Below are positions 50,627 through 63,338 of a stretch of 64,000 nucleotides of DNA, in pieces (the stretch's first letter is position 1; each line of letters opens with the position of its first letter). Made by a program: the position numbers and the translations under genes. Source of the stretch: Phyllosticta citribraziliensis (Eukaryota); assembly GCF_038025025.1 (NCBI RefSeq), contig NW_027117346.1, positions 682,001 to 746,000 on the forward strand. Reading direction: 5' to 3'. The notes below the pieces were generated by a model that saw only the letters and a program-made list of their open reading frames with translations, made no database searches and was not told the origin of the DNA.

Positions 50627-53600
50627 ATGCACTCCGGCCCCAAGGTCCGCCAAGCTGAGGAAAAGCACATTGCGTCGCTGACCTGTTGGTGCATCGGCGA
50701 CTCCGTCTTCACGCAGTCTTTGCTAACAGACACTTCGCGCAGCCTTTGCAAGCACCCTTCACCGCCGCTTCCATTCCAACCTTGCCGCTCCAGACCTCCC
50801 GCAGGAATTGCAGCACCACATTGACAAGTTTCCACTATCTCAATCCCCAGCGCTCGCGTCCAAAGCCGACATCTTTGATCGGCATGCTACGGAGCTGTGG
50901 AATTTCTCCACCCGAATCCTTCGAGACGAGCCGACTAGTAGAGATGAGTCTCGCAGGAAGCTCCTATGTCTCATACGCGTGTTTGCCGTCTTGCTACTGG
51001 ACTCTGCGCAAACGAGTGGGAGAGCCGTCAAGACCCTGGACAATGTGATACGAGTGTTGAGGGTAGCGCTCAAAGCGGCCAAGTTTTGTCTCGAGCAGGG
51101 ACATTTGGATGCTTGCACAAAAGCTTTGGAGCGGGCAGCCCACTGGCAAGACGAGTTTGCGGATCAACGTCAGGACTTGGACTCAGATGTCCGAGAAATA
51201 TACGACAGACTGACCGCCGAGTATTTTGTCCTCCGCACGGCGCATGTGGGTCGCGAAGCATTCTTACCACAACGTCCAAGACTGACATTTGCGTAGGCTT
51301 GGAAGCAATCCAGACTCGACCTTGCCGAATACTTCTACTCCAAAAGCGGCCTCGATTCTTCTCACCTTTCGCCTGAGACGGCCGAGATGCTTGCTGACGT
51401 CCTCTTTGAAATCGGCAAGGATCTGTTGCAGAAGCAAGAATGCGAAAAGGCTGTTATATGGCTCGACCGGGCCTACAATGTCATTGGCGAGCAAAGCATT
51501 GAGGAGCTGACAAATGATGCGAGCGAGCTCCGGCTCGCGGTGCTCAACTACCTCATACGGGCGCACCTCAAGCACAAGAGACCGGATGCTAGAGAAAAGG
51601 CGAGCGGTCTCATCGACGTGTTGGAGATGAGCCAAGGGGACAAAACGGTCGTTTCCCTGCTTCGAATGGATCTTCTCACTTCTCAGGAGAATCCAGACGT
51701 GGTCAACTACCATGAGGCCTTGGATCGCATGATGAGACTGGTTGTTCTTACAGAGCAAAATTTCAGGACTGTAATCCACCACATCCACAGGCTCATGAAT
51801 TGGAGCCCAGATCTGTCGTTAAAGACTCTGGACGATCTACTTTACTCACGGCTTTTCGAACACCAAAATAAGGCGTGGATCGAAAAGGCAATCGTCACCA
51901 GAATATGGATCACGGTGGAAAGCAACGACCAAGACTCTATCGAGGCCCTCTTCGAGATATTTGACAACGTACATCAGAACATGGGGGAGCCATTTAGTGC
52001 CCCAGCAACCCACGCATCCCAAACAATATTATGGAAACGAATCGAGGGAAACTGCAAACAAGAGCAATATGCCCCAGCGGAACGAGTGGCTCGACTGGCG
52101 CTGCACCCCATATTTGCCAAATCAGGAGAACAAAATCGAGCCAAGATTGCGCGAAAGACGATAATGTGTGCCACTGCGAGACAGGACTGGGCCGTAGCTC
52201 GTGAAATATTTTTCCAAATGTCCGGAGCGGGGAGAAAGGAGCCACTGACGCGATTCCTCATGTACAAAGTGGCTCTCAGGGACCACGACCGAGCCTTTGC
52301 TGCCGAATGCCTCGATGTGGTTTGCTCTCAATCGGAAACCGACGCGACCATCCTCTATGCCTGTGTCATGGACGCCCAGGTGGCGGACGACAAGCAGTCT
52401 ACAATTCTGGCGCTCCAAAGAATTTTGGAAAAGTACGACTACGAACCTCCGCCTGGTGTCCACCTACCGGCTCTGTTGCGCTGCACCGCTCGAATGCTTG
52501 TCAATGAGCTCGAGCCGCCGAACTCCTCGACTGACGACGTGATGGGGTACTTGGCAAAGCTGTTCAAGGGTGCTGCGGCGCAAGCAGACAAGCACAAGCC
52601 GGGAGAAGGGGGCAAGAGGAATCCCGTCTTCCCTCACGAAGAGCTGGAGTGGTTCTCGCGCAACAGCTACAACATCTGCATTAAGCACCTTGCCTCGATG
52701 CATCCCGCGCAGCTCCTTTCGATGCTCGACAGCTGCATCAAATTCACCAGCCTGCTCCAAACGAGCGGCGGGTCTGCCGGCGCGGCATCGTCGTCGACGC
52801 CAACGGACATCACCCTGCGCCTCTTGATCGCACACTTCATCGCGGGATCCAGCGCCGTCGTCCTCGCTCGCTCCTCGGACTCGACGCCCGACTCCATCAA
52901 CGCCTACGCCCGCGTGTCCCAGCACTCCAAAGCGTACCGCGCGCTCCTCCTCGCTTTCACGCCCAACGCCGACCTAGGCGGCTCCAGTCTGTCCGACCTG
53001 TTCAGCAAGCGCGCGCAGCTGCTCCGCCATGAGCTCGAGGCGGCGCTCATGTCGCGCAACTGGGACAGCCTCGACGCGCTCTTCACCGAATGCTCCGACC
53101 ATGACGCGGTGCAGAAGACGGGCGCAGGCGGAGACCAGGCGTGGTATGCGCATCATCTGGCGACGCTAGCGGACCTGGCGCTCAACGCACACGCCGAGCT
53201 GTGCAAGCAAGACAGTCGAAACGGGGACGACGCGTCCGCGCTGCCTTCCACGGCGCACCACCGCCGGCGCATCCTAGACGTCCTGCAGCGCATCATCAAT
53301 GCCAGCTGGCAGGTAAACGGCAGCAGCGGCAGCAACAAGAGCCAAAACGACGTCGCGCACCTCTCGCGCTGGCTGCGCTGCCTCTTCCAACTCTCTCTCG
53401 CCACGCCGTCGCTATCATCCACCTCCTCCTCTTCCCCGTCCTCCTCATCCTCTTCTTCCCCCGACACCATCGCCCTCTCCTGCGTCCACCAAGCCACAGC
53501 CATCGCGTCTTCCTCCTCGTCACCGGCGGCGGTGGCGTACCCCCAAACCGAACTCGAATGGCTCGCCACCTCGTCGTTCAATCGCGCCGTCGACTTCTAC

Positions 53601-53738
53601 TGCGCCGACGACGACGCGCGGTGTCGTGCGTGGGGCGAGGCGGCCGTGCGTTTAGCGGGCGCGGGTAGGGGCGCGGATAAGGGGCGCTTGGAGGAAGTGC
53701 TCAGGCGGAAGCTTGCGGAGTTGAGTTTGGGTGCGTAG
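50627..53738 (+). CDS. SPO22: Meiosis-specific TPR protein SPO22/ZIP4 (TEX11-like), 2 introns
   Basis: ATELWN, RVFAVLLLDSA, ALKAAKFCLE, EYFVLRTAH/AWKQSRLDLAEYFYSK, LADVLFEIG, ELEWFSRNSYN, LSRWLRCLFQ and YPQTELEWLATSSFNRAVDFY. Confidence 0.88.
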
Positions 53739-54564
53739 GGGGTTGTAGTGGGATGAATAAGTGCTTTTGCAGGAGAAGGAGTGGGTGGGTACGGGAGTCC
53801 TTGCTGCTTTTTTGCTTCGTTTGATGTTTGCTGTTTGCTATTTGCCACTGCGCTTGCTCATCATAGCTTACTTATCTTCTTCCTTCGTTGCAGGTTTTGG
53901 CGTGCTGTGTCCGTGACTGCTCCCTAGATCTCTCCCACATTGCCTGGCACGTTACCTACATTAATGGAACCTGTGATTTAAGCTTCACCGCAACCCTTTT
54001 CCATCCAACATAGATTTCACAGCACACATGCAGCCCAACACCTTTACTTTCACCCTCCAAGCCAATCACTCACTCAATCAAACACATGCATGCATTCATT
54101 TTATTCGCATATATAGTTAGTCAATTCGTCGTCGGTGCAGGTGACGGCTCAGCACCGACGAAAAAAGCGGGTATCATTACAGTAAAAGCGCCCACGCGCA
54201 CACGTACGCGCCTTAAAACACCTGCCTCGCTCCTCCCCTTTTTGGATTCGCTCTTCTCTGCTCTGCTCTGCTTTGCTCTGCTCTCCTCCCTCTCGTTCCC
54301 CTTTGCTTCCTTTCTTTTCGCTCTTGTTGAAGGGAGGTGAATGATGGTGTGCTTTCCTTGCCCTCTGGCTCATTTTCCTTTGGTGCGCTGCTTTTTTGGT
54401 AGGGGGATGGATAAATGAGAGTTCCATCGGCCCGAGCTCGCCTTGGGGCAGCGGGCAGCTTAGCGCGTTGTTGAATACAACCGACGCAGCCATTGCTACG
54501 CGGAGCAGTGGTGTTGAGGCGGTAGAGCGAGTGCCTCGACTTCTGGCACCTACCCACATCCACA

Positions 54565-57500
54565 TCACCCCCCTTTGTCGACCAACCGCTCAATACTGGC
54601 AATAAGCTCCCCCACGCGAAACGGCTTGCTAACCACATCGTCCATCCCCGCATCCATCGCAGCCTGCACCTGCTCAACGCGCGCATTCGCCGTAATGGCA
54701 ATGACGCGGACGGGCCCGGCGCCGCAGCCGCCGAGGCGGCCCTCGCGCTCCAGCGCCCGAATGCGCCGCACGCACGTCAGCCCGTCCATGACGGGCATCT
54801 CGATGTCCATGAGAATGACGGTGAGGTCGTCGGCGGCGGCGTCGGTGGTCATGGCCGACGTCTGAGAAGCTGCGGGCGGGCCCTGGCGAGCGAGGCTCGG
54901 GCCAGGGGGCCCCAGGAAACTGCCACCGCCGCCTGGGTTGCTGTCGCTGCTACCGTCGGCGTCGCCGGTGGGCGGCGTGAAGAGGACGTGCTCGGGGACG
55001 CCGCCGTGGGGCGGGGCGAGCATGCGGTCGTGTTCGGCGCCGGGCGTCTCGGGGGTGAGGGGCCCGTTGCCGCCGGCGATGAGAGGCGATTGCCCGTCCA
55101 CGAGCGTGTCGTGTCGCCACAGCTTGGTGCCCTTCAGGAACTCGAGTGCTTCGAGGCCGTGGTTCGCCACGTACACCGTGTGGCCCAGCTTGACGAGGCC
55201 TTTGGACATGACGGATTGGTTGACCTTGTTGTCTTCAACGATGAGGCAGGTGAACTTGCGCGAGGATGTCGGTTTGGAAGGTCGCGGTTCTGATGGTCGA
55301 GACGAGGGTGCCACTTTGTGGCTTTGTTCAGGGGAGGAAGACGGGTCGAGAGGGTCGGTATTGGATGCCGATGAGCTGACAGGGGGCGTGGCAGGGGGTG
55401 ATTGTTGAGGCCGATGTGGTAGTGACTCTACGGGCATGTAGACGCTGGGCACTCTGGAATCTTTTCTCTGCACCAGAGGCTGCTCAAATGCTTGCTCCAG
55501 GTTTTGGCTCTGTCGTTGCGCCGTGGGCTCGACTTCAGCAATATCGCCACAATCCCGCGTCTTGACCTTGACGATTTCTCCAGAAGATGCCCCAGGCCCG
55601 CTCTCCAGATGCAGCTCGTGCTCGACGCTTTTCCGCACCTTGAGAAAGAATGCAAACGTCGATCCGCGGTCAGCCTCGGACTCGACGCCAATGCCGCCGC
55701 CTTGGAGCTCCGTCAGCTCCCGACAGATGAAAAGGCCCAGACCACTTCCGCCGTAGTGCACCATGGTGCGAGGAGCTTGGGAGAATCGCATGAAGAGCAG
55801 TTTCTTCTCGTCGACACTGAGACCGCATCCCGTGTCGGTGACGGAGAACTGGAGGAAGAATGCGTCGCCTGTTCCCCACTCGCGACGGAGAGTAAGGTCC
55901 TCGCGCGGTCGGCGCAGCGGCAGGTACTCAATTCCTTCAGGGCTCTGGATGGGCTTTTCCAGCGAAGCGCTGACGCTAATGCTTATTTTTCTGGTTGAAG
56001 AGTATTGCGTAAACTTGATGCTATTGGTAACGAGATTGATAAGAATCTGTTTGAGACGTGACGAGTCCATGATGACGTTGTCGATCCCAAGGGCGTTGAA
56101 AGATTCTGAGACGTGGGTTGTTGCCGTGATGCCTGCGGCATTGTACTCGCCGGCGAACATTTTGGAAAGATCTTCGAGGAGCCTTATGGGCGCGACCTTG
56201 ACTGGAACAATGCTAAAGAGCCCCGAGTCCAGTTTGCTTATGGTCAGAATGTCGTCGACTGCTCCTTGTCAGATGGTCCAAATCATCGATGGTCGAGGGC
56301 TTACCTATTCGTTTTTGATGCTGACAGCAGTGTAGCACTGTTTGTGCAGCGTCGATGCTGTTTTTGACAACGGTTTCGAAATTCATCGAATCACTCTCAA
56401 GGGAGCATAGTGAAGTGATGATGTCGTCCGCTGTACGCAGTCAGCAGAATTCTTCTCTGAGCATGACGCCCATCGCGCTTACCAGATATCATAATCGCAC
56501 TCAGCGGATTCCTCATCTCGTGACTCGTGACGTCGATGAAGTTCTCCTGTTGCCTCTTCGCCTCCAACGCGTCCTCCATCCTCCTCTTCTGAATGCCCTC
56601 GGCCCACTTTACGGCAGTGATGTCCGTCGCACTGCCGACAATACTCCTCAACCACCCGTCTTCTGTGACAATCGAAAATGCGCAGCATAATATCCACGTG
56701 CAGGGAAAGCTTTCATCCACAGGCGGCCTAGGGAGGCGATTGACCTTGCTCCGGGGAATGCGAAACTCAAACGAGACTTCCGTCTTCTCCTCCATGAGCT
56801 TTCGCCACTCGACACGGACACCGGGCACATCGTCAGGGTGCATGAGCTGCCAGAGAGGCGAGCGCCACGAACCCGTGTCTTCGCGAGTGTCGCCCGTCAG
56901 CTCAAACCATTTTTCGTTCCTGTAGCGGTAGGTGCCGGCCATGTTGTCAGGGGTGAATTCGAGGACGAAGATGCCGGTCGGGACACCATCGGCAAAGTGC
57001 TTGAGTTGTAACTCGCTTTGTTCAAGCTCCTGAGTGCGCAAACGCAGCAGTTCCTCAATCTTGAATTGGTCGTAGGCGGCTTGCTCAGCAATAGTGCGGC
57101 CGCGCCTAGTCTCTTCTTCGAGGAGAAGCACGGAGGCCATGGAGGTGGTGATTTGGCGGTTGAGGAGGTTGATAAAGGTGCGGTACTCTTCGTCGTACGG
57201 ACGGTGCGAGTTCAAGCCAATGACCAAGAAGCCGACGGCAGTGTCGCGAGTGAGGGCATGGCCGGTGGTTGGCCGGATGGGGCTAATGACGACGGAATCG
57301 CAAGGCTCATGCCAGGCACGAGACTCAATTCCTTGCACTAGTGATTCTGGCAGAGTGCCATCCTCGACTCGGAGCAGCAACGGCTCATCGCATTGTGCAG
57401 CATTGCGAAAGTAGGCGGTGAAACCGTCTCGACCCTGGGTTACATCGATCGGGGTTGCTCGAGCTGGGTGCCCGTCTGGTACTCCTATGGAACCTTCCAG

Positions 57501-59090
57501 ATCGTATCTCTTCGGACCAGCCGAATCTGGTATTGTAATATGGCCTTCTGCTGTAGAGTCTTGAACCGAGTATAGAACGGCAAAACCAATGTCGTGACTG
57601 TTTGTACCCAATGCTTGCAGGACATGCTGCCAGTAAGCCTTGAGATCTTGTGAAGTGGCCAGAATCTCTCCAAGCCGAAGTAGTGTCGACATGCGCCGTT
57701 CACTAATCATTTGCTTGGTCGTCTCAAAGACCACCTCGTACCAGCCGACAATTTTGTCCTCTTCCAAGACCGGTGTGAAACTGAACGAGCAGTACATTTC
57801 TTCCTTGGGTCCATTTCCGCGGTTGAGAAAGAGCAACATGTTTTCAACCATCGCGCCACGACCAGACACTTCGCAAGTCCGGAAGAAGGGCTCGAAGTCG
57901 TCCCAAGCCTCGCTGAAGCCAACCCACGGTGCAGATCCAAGCAGCGCGGGGTGCTTTTCTCCAGCAAGTGGAAGATATTGATCGTTGTATATCATGGTAA
58001 GGGAAGGACCATAGAAAAGGATAGCCGGGTTTGGACAGGCCATGAGCAGGTTGCACATGTGTCTTAGAGCATTCGACCATTTGCCAATAGGCCCCAGGGG
58101 CGTGGAGGCCCAATCGACACTTCGAGCGAGCTGGATGTGTGGTGAGAGATTTGGAGGTGGTGGTTCACAGGTCCAGTCATGGCGGACACTAGCTGTCAGG
58201 GAGCTATGACGGACGTTGGTGCTGGTTCCTGGCGTGACGGGTGCGGCGCTCGTCGGCGGTGGTGAGCTCAACCTTCGCGTCGTCGCAATGGCAGGGACTT
58301 GTGGCTTTTGCGACGACGGGTGACTTTCGGTCTTTTCTTCCTGGGCAGTCTCCGCAATCTCTGGCATCCCATGGTCCACTTGTTCTCTCGGTCGATCGTC
58401 CGGGATTTGCGCAGCACGAGGCTCCGGTTGCTTCGGCACATTTTCAATCGTAGCCACCGTCCCAACCGCCTTGTTTGCCCAAACAACGTTGGTGTAGTAG
58501 CAGGTAATGTCCGACTCGTGGCGATAGGCATCTCCGACAACCACTTTCCACCTCCTTCGCACGGTTGTGGCGTTCCACTTCATCCCACCATACACGATAG
58601 AAGTTTTTTTCCTCCTCGGGGCCCAGTCCCTCATGCCATCGTCCATGATCCACGCTCGAAGGACGGAGTAGGTGACCCATGCTGGCTGAGTGTAGGGATC
58701 CGCGCTCTTTTTGCCCGTCACGACGTCGAGGAGACCGGGAACATCCAAAAGGAACGGGTTGCAGTATATGATGGGCAGCGACCTTGGCTCGGCTTGGATG
58801 TTGGAGTAGATGTCGGGAGCGCTGAAGGCTCTGGCGAGCAAATCGACGACGAATACGGGTTTCTGCTCGACTTCAAAAAAGTCTATGAGCGCGATTTCGC
58901 CAAAGACGTCGTCCCTTGCGTAAATGTCGGGCTCGGATTCCGGACCTTGAGGCGAGGCAGACGATGGGGAGCGTAGGCCACCGAATAGATACCACGGCAA
59001 GCCGGATACGCTGTGAGACTTTTCCGAGGGTGGACCGGCCTTGTGGTTGTGGGAGGCAGCGGGGCCTTTCGAGGCGAATGAGGCGAGCAT
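54565..59090 (-). CDS. Hybrid sensor histidine kinase/response regulator (PAS-like/GAF-like input, HisKA, HATPase, REC), 2 introns
   Basis: DWASTPLGP..W, H-box TSHEMRNPL, N-box QILINLVTNSIKF, G1 DTGCG, G2 GGSGLGL, and receiver IVEDN...LMDIEMPVMDG...AITAN...KPF. Confidence 0.93.
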
Positions 59091-59506
59091 CGCGCGTCAA
59101 CCCATGGGATCGTGCGTCGAGGAGAACCGGCAGCAGCAATTGGTAGAGTGGGTGGTGTAGAGAGGCGGCTCCGATTCGAGACGGCGGAAAGACGGACGGG
59201 GAGCAGCGGCGACTAGGGTGCAATGCGAGACACGAGGAGGAGGAGTACAGAGCCTCGTGCTCCTGGGTGAGGTAGGGCTGATGGGCAGCGCAGCTCAGAC
59301 AGGGACGACAGTAGCACGACCTGACGAGTGTGAAGAGGCGAGAGTTTGGAGAGGAGAGAGCCAGGCAAGGAAGCTAATTCTCAGCGGGCCGGGGCTTCGA
59401 ACGCGGCAGAGTCATTTCGAATACGGATACTGCTGATATGCGCGGATCGACCGATCTCTGGCTCGACCTAGGCGCGCCGGGTCTCGGGCCGACCAAGAGT
59501 CGAGGA

Positions 59507-59530
59507 CCTGAGCCTGAGCCTGAGCCTGAG
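59507..59530. repeat. (CCTGAG)4 microsatellite
   Basis: Direct reading. Confidence 0.85.
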
Positions 59531-59799
59531 CGTGACCGGGGGCGGAGAGGGGCGGGAGGAGCTGTTGATGGCTAGAGGGACAAGATGGACAAGAGGGAGA
59601 TGGGAGTGGCACGGCGAGCGAGGGCGTCGGAGGCCCAAAGGGTCAGACTGAGGTTTGGTGGAGCCGTTACCAGTCGCCCGGGTTTTCCCTGTGCAGATCT
59701 GCTCTCCCCGCGCTCCAAAGTCACCTCCGCGCTGCTCCAAAAAGATCGTCACAACGGGCGGGATGCTTGCAGCCCTCAAGTTTCATGCATTACGCCCTC

Positions 59800-62325
59800 T
59801 CACAGCACCACCTCCAACACCCGCTGCCGCCACTCCTGCACTTCTTTGTCCTTGGTCTTCAGCTCCGCCTCTAGCGCCTTGACCCTGTCTCGCAGCTTCT
59901 TCTCCTTCTCCGCCTCGTCCTCTTCCTGTTCGCCCTGTGTCTCCTCTTCCTTTTCCGCTTCGGCGCCATCAATGCTCAGACCCTGGATTTTGAACTCACC
60001 GCTGCACCCCCCTAAAAGCAAGCTCCAGCTGACATTAAACACTTCCTTGATCTTGCCGTCCTCGCCAGCCGCTGGCGTCCCGTCTGTTTGGCCGTCTTCG
60101 TCCTCTTCGTCGTCTATCGGACTCTCGTACCCGTCGCCACTGATTCTGTACTTTTGTACCGCAATCTTCTTCTGGCCCCCGGACACAGGTCCGTTGGCGA
60201 AACCGAGCTGCGCCGCATACCCCAGCCAGCAGGCAAAAGCCACCAGTTGCATTTCCAAGTCTGGCTTTCCGCTCGAGGAAAAGACAACTGAGGGCCCGTC
60301 ATTTTGTGAGCCCAGGCGTTTGAGCAGTGAATCTGCCAGATCCTTTGCTTCCTGGCCACGCAATCGCTTTCGACTTGTCAGGTCGGCACGCAAAAGGTCC
60401 GCAACCAAAAGCCGTTTGAGATCTTCCCGCGAGACCCTTGGTGCCGGCTTTCCGGCTGGAGCGAATTGCGGCACTTGATGCGCATGCGGACTGTCCGACT
60501 GACCGTTGACAAGCACCGTCGGAGTTACTAGATGTACGGGCCCGCCCTGGTGTTGAGGAACCTGCAAAGACAGACGCTGCCCAGCCCTGTTGTGTGCAGG
60601 CGCCATTTGCCCAGCCTGCGTTGCTGATGCTGGTGTCGGCGGGAACTGGTATGCTGGATGGACTTGCCGGCCTTGGTGTTGTGACGCTTCGAGTAGTTGC
60701 TGTCCCACGCTCTGGTCAACCGGAGTTTGCCCCGAACTGCTGTGTCGGCGGTAGTCAGATTTCGGTCCTTCTTTGGCGTTTGGATTGGCTGGAAATGTGA
60801 CGAATGGCCCATTTCGGACGGATCGATTTTGTGGCGGCCTGCCACGAATCTTCCCGCCCCCACCTCCACTGCTGCTAGGCCATGCTGATGAGACGGCCGG
60901 GCCATGTCGTCTTCGTTGTCGTTTTGACGTCGACGGTGTTATCGCAGACGACGCGTCGTCGGGGAATGCTGAGTCTGGAGGCCGATCGGTCATTGGACTC
61001 ACGGCGGACATTGGGTGCGGCGTATGTGGATTGTCTTGGCTGAATCGGAATTGTTGTCCTCCAGGAGCAGTCGCAGCGGATTGTGGCTCGAGACTTCTTT
61101 GCGCGTTGGCAACCGACAGCGAGGCCCACGGATCGCTGTAGTCGTTTGGCTGGGCACTCAGTGCAAGAGCACTCTGAGCGTAGGCTGAATGAGGGTGCTG
61201 GTGAGGAGTATTCAGGGCAAAGGACGTGTCCAGCTGTGGTCTTTTGGGGGGCGTTGGATTGCTGCCACCATCCACTTCGTCGACTTTTCTCCGACCGCGT
61301 TTCGGCCTGAACGTCGGATCGAGAGCCCGTACGGCAAGATCTTCCTCTAGTGCAACTCCATCCCGGACTTCTGGGACCGGTCCGTCTGGAGACGGAATGT
61401 TGTTGAGGTAATTGTGCGGCCGACCGCGCAAAAACTCAAAGAAACCATCAACGTGCAGTGCACGCATCCAGCGCTATTTGTGTCAGCTCACAGAGAACAA
61501 TCTTAAACAAGTAATGTTTGGAGAGATTTGCACAGTGGGTGTCGTAAGAAATGACAGCTCCCTCTGCAGAACGACAGCTCCCTGAACGCTAGCAGTGGTG
61601 CGCATGAAGTATCCATGGGCTTGGTAGGCTTCTGAATGACTGCTCCTCGAACGCTCGCTGAGGTATTCCATAGGCATGGCTGCGATGCAGAGTAGTAGCT
61701 CCTCAGGCTCAACCACAATGCAGGGTTCTTCCAACGCCCACTTCAAATTGAAACAACAACCATGATGGAAGAAACTCACCTTTAATCGAACTGCGTACTG
61801 TTGAACTTTTTGAGCGGACTGGCCAGGACCAGGCGAGTCGACGCCTAGGTCCAAGGCCAATTGAATCCAGGTCTTGATTTCGCCAGATTCGAGCTTGCCG
61901 ATGAGGCCGTAGAGTTTCCAGAGGTCAAACGTCTTGTTATCGCTCATGGGTGGCTTCTTGAAGATGCGTTTCAGCTCGGTAGTGGCAATGTTGGCGGGCA
62001 GATATGGGTTGCAGTAGACAATGAACTGGGCGTAGGCATCGTCGAGGTTGTCGGCAGTGACAGAATCTCTATCGGGCAATGCGCGATCGGTAGGCACGTA
62101 GCCATTGTGCTGGGCCGGGCCGGGAGAGCCGTTGAAATGTGGAGATTGGTTGGAGTAAGGAGAGGGAGATGCAGCAACGTGAGAAGAAAGCTGCGACGAG
62201 TTGGTGGGAGGGGTCGCGTTGAGACTGGGATCAATCGTCGCAAAGTGGGTGAAGCCAGTGTTGGGTCCACTGGTTTGATGAGCGAAGCTTTGGGCGGCGG
62301 TGCCTCCGCTGTTGGAATAATCCAT
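59800..62325 (-). CDS. abp2: ARS-binding protein 2 (Abp2)-like AT-hook protein, 1 intron
   Basis: DDAYAQFIVYCNP, PPMSDNKTF, IKTWIQLALDLGV, QKVQQYAVRLK/RWMRALHVDGFFEF, RDGVALEEDLAVRAL, RRHGPAVSSAW and AT-hook RGRPP. Intron at about 61474-61779. Confidence 0.87.
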
Positions 62326-63338
62326 CGTCCAGTCGTCACGCAGTTCCGGTTGGTTGGATGCTAAGGTTAGGTTGGTGCTTGATCTTTTTGGCTTCTACAG
62401 GTCTTGTCGCGACTGAGCCCAGGCCAGGCCAGTCCAGTCCAGCGTCAAAGTGAACCCTGACTTGACTTGACCTGACGACAACGCGTACAGCAGAACCAGG
62501 CAAGCAACGCGGGCCAGTGCAGGGCAGGAGGATGTCGGAGGGAATTAGTCGCGGACGTGGAGGACGTGATTGTCGTTAAATAGGCCGATTAGCAGAGTTT
62601 TGAGATGATTTGGGGACGTCAGGTCGTTGCGGTTTTCCCAGGCAGGCAGGCGAAGCCCCTTTCGAAACACGCCCGGGGCTGGCACAAGGGCGCTAATCGA
62701 CACACCCACCCACTGGACGAATTGGATGAACAGCCAAAGACGTGACAGTTGGCGACTGGAGGACCATGGATGTTCTCAATCACGGCACCTCAGGCAAATA
62801 CATGGCGACTTTGAATTGCGCCACCAACTCTTGGGCTTCGTTACGAATACGTCCACGGCTTGCTATCTACGGTCGGGTCGCGGCACGCAGCTTTAAAACG
62901 GCGGGCAGGCCGCAAACATGCGCACGGCACGCTCTGTGTAATGCTACATTACATTACCCTGAACTACTGAGCTTGTAAATCGACATGGAAGAGTCAGGGA
63001 GTGTCCAAGCTCCAATTTGGTGAGCTTTACGTATGGATGTACATGTAGGGCATGGATCAAATCCAACTAAGGTAGTGGCCTGTGCGCCGCCAAGCTTTCC
63101 CCGCTGTGCCGAGGTCATGGAAAGCCGACTGGCCGCGTGCATGCGTGAGGTGCAGTCATGTCGACCAGCAACCATCATTTTATTCATTCCATCATCTACA
63201 CAACCACCATCTCCAAATCGACTCCATTCCCGCTCAGCCTCCGCTTTGCCCTCCGTCATTGACAGCATCATCCGCTTGGACTCTGAAATTAGCTTCCGCC
63301 CTCTCCACCTCTGCCGCTCCACCACGCCCTGCCCCAAA

